Origin: Mobula hypostoma
Lineage: Eukaryota
Length of the DNA stretch: 64,000 nt
NCBI RefSeq assembly: GCF_963921235.1
Contig: NC_086097.1
Coordinates: 93,744,001 to 93,808,000 of the forward strand
Direction: 5' to 3'
Part shown: piece by piece, positions 24,091 through 35,887 of the stretch
Position numbering within the stretch: the first letter of the stretch is position 1
Layout: every line of letters starts with the position of its first letter
Position numbers and translations under genes: made by a program
The notes under the pieces: generated by a model
Told to the model about the DNA's origin: nothing
Databases searched by the model: none
Seen by the model: the letters and a program-made list of their open reading frames with translations, nothing else

Positions 24091-26129
24091 TGCCTTCAGT
24101 CATTTGCTTCCTGTTTTTAATGTGTATAACTCCATGTGCTGTTGGACTGTGTTTATAGTTTGCAGCGACCTTTGCAAAATGTGGTCACATCTGCAAGCCG
24201 GAGACCCTAGGGTCATTACATCTGGAAGCAGCTGATGGGGATGAGTGCCTGTCAGATTTGTTCCCTGGGATAAATATTCCTCCACCAAATGGTGTTCCTC
24301 AGACCCCTCTGTTGAAGAATTATCCAACGACGTCTCACTCCAGAGACAAGAACAGTTAGAAATAATTCGGAAGATGTGTTACCTCAGAACTTGAACAGTT
24401 ATCAAAGAGCTGAATTGCCTTTCAGGTGTTAGATTGATGACCTTTTACCCTTTCAGGTGTCGTGGAGAGGGGAGACTTGCAGCATGGGCAACTGCTGGTC
24501 TTCCATGCAACCTTGCCCAGGCCTGCGCCCTGGAGAGTGAAGACTTTCCAGGCGCAGATCCATGGTCTCGCAAGACTAACGGATACCTTTACTTTTTACC
24601 CATTCAGGTAGATGTTCAAGTTCCCTCAGCATGATTTTTAAGCAGAATTCTTACCAGCAAGCTGGTGCATATCTATCTCTCAACCAGCACCTCTATGGCA
24701 GATTGGTCACTACCACTTTGTTGTTGTGGGTTCCTGTTGTGTGTAAATTGGCTTTAAAGTTTCTAACGTTAGAACCCTTGAAAACACATCACTGACTATG
24801 AAGAGCTTTGGGACATTTTGAGTCTGTGGATAGAGTATTGGTTGAAATGGATATCTTCTATCTGTATATTTAGGCTGAATCTCTAGAGATCCTGGCAAGG
24901 CACTATCAGTGGATGAGTTGAGGCATTCAGGCTCCCTTGAGGAGAGTTGCCCATGGGTGGCACTAGTCATCTTCCCGTGGGAGATACCTGGTCAAGCTGA
25001 TTTGAGGTGTATGGCAGTCACATCTGGGTAAGGGTTTAAATCAAGGGGAGACAAGAGATGCTGGAGAAGCCAGCAGGTCACGAACCATATGTAGAGGAGA
25101 AATGGACAGTAGGTTAAGTCCAGGTCAAGGGTCTTAATTAGAAATGTCACTTGACTATCTCCCTGCACAGATGCTGCGCATGAGTTTCACCAGCATCGGA
25201 GTAAAGTTCAAAGTTCAAAGTAAATTTGTTATCCAAGTACATATATGTCACCATATACAATCCTGTATTTGTATACGCTAACATATATGAGGATCATGCA
25301 ATCTTGTGGGCATACTCAATAAATCCATAATAGAATAATAACCATAATTGAATCCATGTAAGACCACACAAACTTGAGCGTTCAACCAGTGTTCGAAAGA
25401 CAACATACTGTGCAAATACAAAAAACAAGAAATAATAATAATAATAAACATAAATAAATAAATGAACAATAAGTTGCTGTAGTTTGAATTAAGTACCTCC
25501 TGGACATTCCCACCTTCCTGACGATCAGAATCTTTCCCTCTTGCTGGATATGCTAGGTCCGAAGAGTCAATTCCAGTCATTATTCTGATGACTGGCTGGT
25601 GGGAGCAATTCTGTGGCCATGTTGTGCTATTTGTGGTACTGATGAATGTTTTTCCCTGTACCAGCTAGATGGTTCATGGCATTCATTTCCAAACGTGCTC
25701 AGCTCATTTCTTCATTTATTTACAGTGTGGAACAGGCCTCTCTAGCCCAATGAGCTGAGGCACCCAGCACTAGCCTAATCCCAGGACAATTTACAGTGAC
25801 CAATTAACCTATCAACCTTTGGACTGTACTGGAGCACCCAGAGGAAACTAACATGCTCACAGGGAGAACATACAGACTCTTTCACACAGAGCGTCAGAAT
25901 TGACCTCCGAACTCCGGAATGCCCCGATCTCTGGTGCTGTCTGTGTGGAGTTCCCACGTTCTCCCCCTAACCGCATGAGTCCTCAGGTTCCTGCTCTCAT
26001 TTCCTCCCACAATCCAAAGGTTTGCTGGTTGATGAGTTAGTTGGCTGCCGTCAATCGTCCCTGGTGTAGGTGGGGGGCAGGAGTTGGCGAGAATGAGGAG
26101 AGACTAAAAATGGGATTGGTTTTAATGGG

Positions 26130-26410
26130 AAACACAAGAGATTCTGCAGATTCTGGAAATCCAGAGCAACACACACAAGATGCTGGAGAAACTCAGCAGG
26201 TCAGGCAGCATCTATGGAGGGGAATAAACAGTCAATGTTTTGGGCTGAGACCCTTCATGATAATTGGAAAGGAAAGGAGCAGAATAAGAAGGTGAAGAAT
26301 AGAAGGAGTACAAGCTGGCAGGTGATAGGTGAGACCAGGTGAGGGGGAAGGTGGGTGGCTGAGAGAGGGGAGATGAAGTAAGAAGCTGGGAGGTGATAGA
26401 TAAAAGGTGA
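26130..26410 (-). mobile_element. PLE pLTR fragment with decayed hammerhead
   Basis: Homologous to the pLTRs at 18863 and 5680. Confidence 0.75.
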
Positions 26411-29055
26411 TAAGTCTGTCTGTCTATTGATTGATTGAGATGAAGCCCTTCAAGCAGTGCCACCCAATAGCTCCTGATTTAACCCAAGCCTAATTTACAA
26501 TGACCAGCTAACCTACCAACCTTAGATTAATGGGTGCCTGGCAGTCAGTGCAGATTCAGCGAGTGACGGGCCTGTTTACATTCACCTCGGTGTCAGGGTC
26601 AAGTCTCACTTCAGGACCAGACCGTACACTCCAGGCCAATGACCCATTGCCGTATCGAAGGAGTGTTCCAGCACTGGTGGCACAGGCCTCTGGAGTGGAG
26701 ACTCGTGTGCTGTATTTCGGTGAACGTCAGAGATCCTATGGCTCTGTAGAAGGCAAAGCAGTGTGCTGGAGCCAACAACTCCAGGCCCGGTGTCCTAGGT
26801 CGGAGACTGTGAAGTCCAGTTGTTGATGCTGCCAGAGATTTTATGAACAGGCCTCTTTTCCCCAACCGGCATTGCAAAGAGTGGAGTAGAGTTGTTTAAG
26901 GAGAGGATTACAGGACATGTATTCTCAAGCATATGAGGGGAGGGGTGTGTGTGTAAGGGATGTTAGACTGATACTGGGGGCATACTGAATCAGTGAAGGG
27001 AGGTGGAGCAGTGGATGTCCCATGAATGCACTTAGAATTCCTAAGGTAGCAATGAAGTAGGCCATTCAGCCCACCAAGTCTGTACTGACCACCAAGTGTT
27101 CATTTATCCTGATCCTGTTTAATTCTCTCCACATTCCTTTCCACTCCTCCCAGTTTCTACCACTCGCTTATGCACTGGGGGCAACTTACAGCCAATTAAT
27201 CCACCAACCAGCACATCTTTGGGAAGTGGAAGGGAACAGGATGATCCGGGTGAAACCCATGTAGTCACAGGGAAAATACGTAAATTCCTCATGCAGAGTA
27301 CCATAGGTCGGGGTTGAACCCAGGCCACTGGAGTTCAAGTTGCTGTGTAACTGTGTTGTCTGTAGAGGAAGATGAATGGCAAGGATTGTCCAGCAGAGAA
27401 GAACTCTTTCACTCTTCAGCTGCAAGCTCCAGTTGTGCACGAGTAACTTAAAATGATGAAGCTGCAGATTCTAATCTGATCTGAAAATGACCCAACAAGC
27501 ATCTGGGAAACCCCTGCGCCATTCCATGGAATTCTCCGTGATGCCCAAGCCAATAATGATCACTCACAGGGGTAGATTTTGACTTTGGTAGGCCGACAAG
27601 CCTGACTCTTCTCCCTGTTAGAGCCAAGGCTGTCATCCACCAGGTAATTGTTGAACGCGAGAGTTTTAGTAACAGTCTTGATCACGGTTGAGAAAAATGA
27701 TGATTTATCTTGATCTATGGCTTTGCGTGTTTTAAAAATATGTTTATAACCGTTTCCAGATTGCACCAGGATCCTGAGGATAGGATCCAGTAAATCAAAC
27801 TGTCTAAGGAGCTCCCAGTGAAAAAACATGAACCGGCAAAACCAGAGCTCACATCAAACTTTGAGCTGCAGTCACAATAACACCTGCATCTGCATAAGAG
27901 TTGGCCGTTCAGCCCCTCGTGCCTGCTCAGTGCTCTGCCATCTAACGGAAACCTGGCTGACATTTTACCTCAGCACCAGCTTCCCGCTCCAGATGGAGCG
28001 AGGGTTGTGACCTGAAGTGGCAGCCATCCCACAGACGCTGCCTGACCTGCTGAGGTCCTCCAGCTATTAGTTGTTTCGCCTCAACTCTATATCCCGTGAT
28101 TCCTTTCATATTCAACAATGTATCAATCTCTCTCCGATCGCCTATGAATGCGCCTCCACTGGCCTCGTGGGTAGAGAATTCCAAAGGTTTGCCGTCCTCC
28201 AAGTGAAGAGACTGCTTCTCATAACTGGCCCCTTATATTGAGACTGTAACCACTGATTCTCCACACTCCAGCCAGAGGAAGCATCACATCAACATCTAGC
28301 TATGTAATAACTAGTTTGTTTATTTCTAATAACATTTCTTACATCTAGCCTAGCGAGGATCTAAAAACCATTGCCATTTATCCCTATCACATGCCTTTCA
28401 GAGATAATAGTGATTGGCCCAAGTATGTCACGTCTTTAATCAAATTTCAATGAATTAATAGTGGACATCAAAAGTAATGAATACAGAATCAGAAAACATC
28501 CCTTGAAACTGGTTCCTCCGTTCGGATGGATTATCTTCACTGATAGACTAGCTTCATTGACGTGCCTTGGCTTTGTTAACCTTGCCCAGCAAAGACTATT
28601 AACCTAGTCTTGAAGATTTGTCCTAACCAAAGCTTCAAGACTAGATCTTAGTATTGTTCTAAAAGACTAAAGACACGAGTTCTAGTCTCACTCAATCGGG
28701 GGGATTATTTATTAATTACATAGCGAATTAAAGAAAGCTAGAATTAAAAAGTTGATGTGCTCATGGAGCTACCAAATTGTCCTAAAGCCTGTTTGTTCCC
28801 CTAAGAAGTCCACCATCTTTTCTGGGTTTACACTGTGTGATCCCAGGCACACGGTTACACTGTGATCCCTCTTTGAAATGACCTATTGACTCTTTTGGTT
28901 CCAGAGAAACTAGGAATGGGCAGTAAATGGTCGTCCCTCTAGTGGTATCCATATCCCAAGAATGGATATGATAGAACCAAAACTCTTTTTCTGACTCCAA
29001 GCAGTTGAAGAATCTGATATGCATCTCGGGATGAAACCAGAGTGAGAAATTCTCA

Positions 29056-29220
29056 GACAACAGGAATTCTGCAGATGCTGGAAATTCAAGCAACACACAT
29101 CAAAGTTGCTGGTGAACGCAGCAACTGACGAAGGGTCTTGGCCTGAAACGTTGACTGTACCTCTTCCTAGAGATGCTGCCTGACCTGCTGCGTTCACCAG
29201 CAACTTTGATGTGTGTTCCT
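29056..29220. mobile_element. 165-bp hairpin PLE mini-element enclosing a hammerhead core
   Basis: 13-bp TSD tgagaaattctca at 29043-29055 and 29221-29233. Inverted arms of about 32 bp surround ctgacgaagggtcttggcctgaaacgtt. Confidence 0.88.
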
Positions 29221-29820
29221 TGAGAAATTCTCATTTCTCTTTTATGTTCCATAAGAGCTCAAAGTGACTGAAATAAAAATGGAAAGTGCTGGAAACACTC
29301 AGCGGGTCAGCCAGCACTTGTGAAGAGAGAAACAAAGTTAACATCTCAGAACTGGCAAGATGACTAAGCTTTGTCAGATTTTATAAGCACGGAATGTAGG
29401 AATGGTTGGGAATGGGAAGCAGGTTGAATGTTTGACCTGCTGTGTAACCACAGAGTGTAGAAACGTCCCGATCATTTCTCTTCATGAATTTCCAGCAGCT
29501 GTGGGGTCTTGCTTTTGACACTGAAGTTTGTTGACAGTGAGGATGTCAATAAGGGCAATGTGCTTGGCGCAAGGCCAGAGTGGACCTTGATATAGATCGT
29601 TGTGCCAGGTGTCAAGCTTAGCAAATGACCGTCTACACAGGCAGAGTCAGCCAGGGCCAGGACAACCGATTCTCATGCAACTATGTGTGAAGGAAGAGAG
29701 TAAAGCTTATGGGAGAGATTGTCTTATTTGAAATACTGTTTATCAGAGTTACACAACTTGTGAGTCAACTGGTGAGCTGACTTCTGACCCTTGTCTCTCC
29801 CTTCTTCTCCGTGTTTTCAG

Positions 29821-29991
29821 AGTGGGCATATGCCCGCCGTTCGGGTCTGGGACGTTGCTGATAAGACCCAGGTGGCAGAGATCCAGGAACACAAGTATGG
29901 AGTGGCCTGTGTGGCTTTTTCGCCGAATGCCAAATACATAGTCTCTGTGGGATACCAGCATGACATGATCGTCAATGTTTGGGCGTGGAAG
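29821..29991 (+). CDS. MAPKBP1: MAPKBP1 coding exon ([12 protein letters not shown]...VNVWAWK), WD40 region
   Basis: ttttcag acceptor, AAG|gtaaac donor, 171 nt, phase 0-0. The peptide matches recalled MAPKBP1 ([12 protein letters not shown]) better than WDR62. Confidence 0.95.
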
Positions 29992-30069
29992 GTAAACATG
30001 GCTCTAGCATTTCCTCCAGCCACGGGGGATCTTTTTGCCTCCAGAGATACAACTTGGGAGATGGACAAA

Positions 30070-31530
30070 CAGTGCTGCTAGGAAGTTTGTGGAACTTTCT
30101 CCATTTCTGCATAAATATGACCTAAAATGTGATCAGATCTTCACGTGAGACCTAAAACTAGATAAAGAGAACCCAATTAAATAAATAACACAAAAACGTT
30201 ATACTTGTTCATTTATTTATTGTGAAAAATGATCCAATATTACATGTATTTAATGGAAGAAGTATTTGAACCTTTGCTTTCAGTAACTGGTGTGACCCCT
30301 TCTACAGCAATAACTTCAACCAAACATTTCCAGTAACTTGATCAGGACTGCACGTCGGCTTGGATGAATTTTAGGCCATTCCTCCCTACAAAACTGCTTC
30401 AACTCTGGGATGTTGGTGGGCTTCCTTGTATGAATTGCCTGTTTCTGGTCCTTCCGCAACACTTCTATAGCATTAAGGTCAGGACTTTGACTTGGCCATT
30501 CCTAAACACAAATTTTCTTTTTTAACCATTCTGTTGTTGATTTACTCTTGTCTTTCAGATCAGTGTCTTGTTGCGTTATCCAACTTCTATTAAGCTTCAG
30601 GTGATGGACTGCTACCCTGACATTCTCCTGTAAAATGTCTTGATACAATTTTGAATTCATTGTTTCCTCAATGATTGCGTGCTGTCCAGGCCCCGAAGCA
30701 GCCCCAAACTATGAAGCTTCTTCCACCATGCTTCACAGTTGGGGTGAGGTTTTGGTGTTGGTGTGCAGTGCCGTTTTCCTCCAAGCATAGCAGTGTGCAT
30801 TTCTGCCAAGAAGTTCAACTTTTGTCTCATCTGTCCACAGAGCATTGTCCCATTGTAGAACATCCAGTTGGTCTTTTGCAAACTTGAGACGTGCAGCGGT
30901 GTTTTTTTGGAGAGCAGTGGTTTCCTCCATGGTGTCCCTCCATGAACACCATTCTTGTTCAGTATTTTTCTTAGAGTGGACACATGAACAGAGACTTTAC
31001 TAAGTTCTAGAGATTTCTGCAGGTCTTTTGCTGTTACCCTTGGGTTCTTTTTCCTCTTCTCAGCATTGCATGGTGTGCTTTTGGTGTGATCTTTGTAGGA
31101 TGCCCACTCCCAGGGAGAGTAGCAACAGTGCTGAATTTTCTCCAATTATAGACTATTTCTCTTTTGGACTGATGAATACTCTGGTGTTTATAAATGCTCT
31201 TGTAGCCTTTTCCAGCTTCTACAATTCTTCTTCTAAAGTCCTCTGAGAGTTGTTTTGATCGAGGCATGGAGCACATAAGCAGACCTTTCTTGAGAAGAGC
31301 AGGCTCTGTCAGTAACCTGACTTTGTGTGTCTTTTTTATAGGGCAGGGCACCTCTACAACCCACACCTCCAATCTCATCTCATTGATTGGAACACCTGAT
31401 TCCAAATAGCTTTCATAGAAAGCATTACCCCATACTTTTTCCAACGAATACATGTAGTATTGGATCATTTTTCTCGATAAATAAATGAACAATATAATGT
31501 CTTTGTGTTAATTATTAATTAGGTTTCCTG
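30070..31530 (-). mobile_element. Tc1-like DNA transposon, frameshifted transposase
   Basis: MPRSKQLSEDFRRRIV..GKGYKSI, NPRVTAKDLQKSL, WTDETKVELLG. Inverted repeats at 30181-30270 and about 31430-31520; cagtg left terminus. Confidence 0.9.
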
Positions 31531-31645
31531 CCGCCAACACTTGGCCCACTCGGTGTCTGAACACTAGTCATTGCAATATCTGTGGCAGCCAATGGCTATC
31601 CTGAAGTTGTGAATGTGAATTGTGTGCCTCTGGCTTCTTCTACAG

Positions 31646-31783
31646 AAAAATGTTGTTGTAGCAGCCAACAAGGTATCGAGTAAGGTGACTGCCGTGTCCT
31701 TCTCTGAGGACAGCAGTTACTTTGTCACCGCTGGCAACAGGCACGTCAAGTTCTGGTATCTGGATGCATCCAAAGCCTCCAAG
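31646..31783 (+). CDS. MAPKBP1: MAPKBP1 coding exon ([12 protein letters not shown]...LDASKASK)
   Basis: ctacag acceptor, AAG|gtaaga donor, 138 nt, phase 0-0. Confidence 0.95.
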
Positions 31784-31859
31784 GTAAGATCTGTGACTGT
31801 GATTAAGACTTTTCCTCCCATGTTCTTTGCTGCTTTTTCCGACTCATAATCCCCCTTTG

Positions 31860-32930
31860 TGCATACATAGCTGCCCGTAGAGAGAGTTAAGTGCACCGAG
31901 TCCTGGGAGTTCGCATCACGGACGACCTTACCTGCTCCCTCACTATCACCTCCCTGAACAAGAGGGCACAGCAACGCCTCCACTTCCTGAGGAGAGTGAG
32001 GCAAGCGAGGCTCCCCCTCCCACGGTAACTGAGCACCATGGAGAATGCCCTGACGAGCTGCATCTCCATCTGGTATGGGAGCAGCAAAGCACTGGACCGG
32101 AAGTCCCTACAGAGGACTGTGAGAACGGCCAAGAGGATCAGAGGGGTCTCCCTACCATCCATCGGGGACATTTATCAGGAGCGTTGCATACGCAGGGCCC
32201 TTCGTATTAATAAGGATCCCACCCACCCATCCAGCATCCTCTTTGACTTTCTACCATCAGGCAGGGTTCTCCGAAGCATAATCAAGATAAACAAAGTGAT
32301 GCCCAACAACTTTCCAGTTCGTAAATTCATCAAAAATTCTCCTCCAACTTCCTGACTCTAATCCTGCAAACCTCTCTACTACTTGAGAAACCTCAACTCC
32401 TATGACAAAAGCACTGAATGGCGTCAACACTGACACACCAACATACCCCCTGGCGGAGATCTAATCACAACCCCACCTCACTCCTCTCGAGCTTTGCCAC
32501 AGCTACCAGAAAAAAACTGGACAGGCGCAAATTGACTCAGAAGTCGACACGCCAAAACAACACAAACACTACACCGACGGGGAGGCCCAACAAACCCCAG
32601 CTTGCCCCTGTGGTGCCCCAACCCAGGACAACCTCCTCCTGGTCCAAACATGCCCTGTCACCAAGACCTGAGACGGCTATGCCACGGTCCATCGATACAG
32701 CCATGAGCCGGAGGAGTGGCTTGGCAAACAACAATTAGAAGTGTGAAGAGAAAAACACCTGTCATACCTGTTTATTTCTGCATAGTTAATTTGTAGATTT
32801 AATTCTTACTTTCCTAAGTCGTTATGTGTTATGTGTATGTGCTTTACAGGCTGGTCCGGAGAAACGTTGCCTCGTTTGACGGTATACATGTATATAGTTA
32901 AATGACAGCAAGCTTGACTTGACAACTTGA
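31860..32930 (+). mobile_element. Rex1/Babar-like LINE fragment with an unrelated or inverted internal segment (~32280-32760)
   Basis: ENALTSCISIWYG..LQRTVRTA..INKDPTHP..LPSGR; Rex-type tail near 32850-32930. Confidence 0.75.
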
Positions 32931-33689
32931 CGTATATTGAAACACAGTGAGGAATCTTAGGATTGTTAGGGGACATGAAGATCATCCAGCCCACAGGCTC
33001 ACAATATCACCACCCTGTCAGTCCCACATTTTCATTCTCTCCCTGCAGCCCTGCATATTATGTTGGCTCAAATCCCTCAGCAATCCCCTTTCAAAAACCC
33101 CTGATTGACTTTGTTTCTCCCACTGAAACTATCTGTCGTTCTTCATCGGTGAGTCTCAATCCAGGAAATTCTTCATTCCCTTCAAGAAGTTGGCTCATCT
33201 CACCATGAGGGTTGGGCATTAGAGGTAATGAAATCCATCTGCCATCATTCCATTCTCACTTAACTCACAAAATCTCCCAGTAATTACACGCCACGTAAAT
33301 TAACACTATAGTGGGCCATTGCCGCTCTTCAGTGTATGGCCTTCCATTGCCTTACCCAGGTTATCAGTAAAGGTGACATCCGAGCTTAGATCTTTATGTA
33401 TTCAATTTTTATAAAAGTGGGCCTTGCTGGCAATTTATTGCTCATCCTGAACTGCCCTTGAATTTTTCAGAGAGCAGTGAAGAGCCAGCACTATTGTTGG
33501 CTTGGGAGTCGTACGCAGCTCAGACTGGGTCAACAGGACTGCAGTTTGGGAGCAACGCAGTAATTTCACAGTCAACATCACTAATGACTAAATTTTCCTC
33601 TTGGATTTCAGATTATTAACTGAATTTAAATCCAGCAGTTGCATTTGAGTCCAGATTTGTGGATTATGAATCCAGGCCTCTAGATAGAC

Positions 33690-33848
33690 TCCTCATCTTT
33701 TCTTCTCCAGTCCTGCTGAAGGGATTCAGGCCTGAAACATTGACTGGACTCTTTTCCATAGATGCTGTCCGGCCTGCTGAATTCCTCCAGCATTTTGTGT
33801 GTGTGTTGCTCAGATTTCCAGTGTCTGCAGAGTTTCTCTTGTTTGTGA
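33690..33848 (+). mobile_element. PLE pLTR tail with core-mutated hammerhead
   Basis: agtc-CTGCTGA-agggattcaggcct-GAAA-CATT-gact. Confidence 0.78.
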
Positions 33849-34154
33849 TTAGATAACTAATTTGTTAGTTTAATTTTCTGGACCGCAATCATCCACAGGA
33901 CAGTGTCTTCCTTCTAATTCGAGTCAAATCCATTCTCCCTACTACCAACCAAGATAGTCAGCTGCGTTAGCCAGACTCTCTTCGTGGAAGCTTATAGAAA
34001 GGCCTATGGATGCAAAATGTACTCATGCTCTACGATTCCACTGGAGTGAGGCCCCCTCCCCATTTCTCTAGGGTTCCGCGTCTCGCTGCGGACCCTTCCT
34101 CTGTCGGTCGGCCGCGTGCTGGTCCCTGACAGTGCGTTGCTGCCTGTGTTCCAG

Positions 34155-34337
34155 GTGAACGCCACGGTGCCACTGCTGGGCCGCTCTGGGCTGCTGGGTG
34201 AGCTGCGCAACAACTTCTTCAGTGGTGTGGCCTGCGGGCGCGGCAGGAAGGCCGACAGCACCTTCTGCATCACCAGTTCGGGCCTCCTGTGCGAGTTCAA
34301 CGAGAGGAGGCTGCTGGATAAGTGGGTGGAGCTGAGG
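34155..34337 (+). CDS. MAPKBP1: MAPKBP1 coding exon ([12 protein letters not shown]...DKWVELR)
   Basis: ttccag acceptor, AGG|gtgagt donor, 183 nt, phase 0-0. Confidence 0.95.
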
Positions 34338-34854
34338 GTGAGTAGTGTTGTGAATCCTCTCCGGTCTGAGATGTGGGCCTGGTGAATGTGGCAGCAATGG
34401 GAACGGGAGAGTTCTCTCCATAACCTGGACCGATCTACTGTCCCCTCACAGCTATTCTGATTCACTTCATTAAGTCTATTGTTGCTCTATTTTCTTTCCT
34501 GCCTCGAGCCAGTTTTTTTCCCAATGTATTGAAGGGAATGTGGGCATTGCTGGCAAGGTCAGGATTTATTCCTTGTTGTACAGCAGAAGGCATCTGAAGA
34601 GTCAGTCAACTATTTTGCTGGGCCTGGAGTCAGATACAGGCTAGACCAGGTAAGGTCAACAAATCTCCTCTCCTGAAGGACATTATGTTGATTAATGGCA
34701 ACGCAATGGTTTTTTGGGCACCATTGTTTCTACTGATGAACTGGTTTTAATTCCACATTACCTCCTGAATTTTAATCCCACAGTTGACATGGTGGGATTT
34801 GGTTTCAGGTCCCTGGTTTGTTAGTCTGGTTCTACAATAATTAGCCCAGTAATT

Positions 34855-35083
34855 NNNNNNNNNNNNNNNNNNNNNNNNNNNNNNNNNNNNNNNNNNNNNN
34901 NNNNNNNNNNNNNNNNNNNNNNNNNNNNNNNNNNNNNNNNNNNNNNNNNNNNNNNNNNNNNNNNNNNNNNNNNNNNNNNNNNNNNNNNNNNNNNNNNNNN
35001 NNNNNNNNNNNNNNNNNNNNNNNNNNNNNNNNNNNNNNNNNNNNNNNNNNNNNNNNNNNNNNNNNNNNNNNNNNNNNNNNNNN
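34855..35083. other. Assembly gap
   Basis: N run. Confidence 1.
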
Positions 35084-35114
35084 ATCTGTGTGTATGAGTG
35101 TGTGTGTACGTATT

Positions 35115-35470
35115 TGATTCAGAATCAGGTTTAATATCACTGACATATGTCATGAAATTTATTGTCTTGCAGGAGTACAGTGAACTACATAAAATACACT
35201 ATAATGTTCAATAAGAAGTACATGTTTATAAATTATGTATAAATTGTATATAAACTATATATAAAATATATATAAAGAAGTAGTGGATGAAGCAAAAATA
35301 GTGAGGTGGTCTTCATGGTTTGACGGACTGTTGAGAAATGTGATGGCGGAGGGGAAGAAGCTGTTCCTGAATCACTGAGTGTGCAATCTCAGGCTCCTGT
35401 ACCGCCTCCCCGATGGTAGTAATGAGAGGAGGGCATGTCCTGGGTGGGGAGGGTCCTTAATGATGGAACA
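35115..35470 (-). mobile_element. Rex1/Babar-like 3' end
   Basis: IIKDPPHPGHALLSLLPSGRRYRSL with a gattcagaatcagg tail. Confidence 0.8.
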
Positions 35471-35708
35471 TGGGTGTGTTTGTACATCCCAGTGTGCGTA
35501 TGTGTGTGAGCCTTTGTAGGTGTGTAAGTGTGTCTGTGTGTTTGTGTGTGCACGAGCTTGTTGTATAGGTGTGTACACTAGTGTGTGTGTGGGTGTGTGT
35601 GTGCACGAGTGCGTGTATTGTCAGCTCAGTCCTATACATATACTGGCATCTCTAATGCTCGATTCCCTCTCCTCTCCCGCTGCTCGTCCCCACACTGACT
35701 TTGAAAAG

Positions 35709-35726
35709 AACACAGATAACACCACA
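35709..35726 (+). CDS. MAPKBP1: MAPKBP1 18-nt microexon (NTDNTT), probably alternatively spliced
   Basis: aaag|AAC ACA GAT AAC ACC ACA|gtaagt, frame-preserving. It lies where human MAPKBP1 has the optional NIDSFT hexapeptide (recalled). Confidence 0.85.
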
Positions 35727-35830
35727 GTAAGTTTGTATTCCCGTCTCGATGTTTCTCTGCATTTTCCACTCTGACATCGTCCATCGTTTGTCTCCATCTC
35801 AGTGACGAACCATCGTGGTCGGTTCCACAC

Positions 35831-35887
35831 GCATGCAGCTGTAGGAGGGGAACACCACCATCCCGACCCTCTGTTACTGTGTGCATG
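35831..35887 (+). promoter_or_regulatory. Candidate RBFOX splicing enhancers downstream of the microexon
   Basis: GCATG at 35831 and TGCATG at 35882, 100-160 nt downstream of the microexon donor. Confidence 0.45.
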
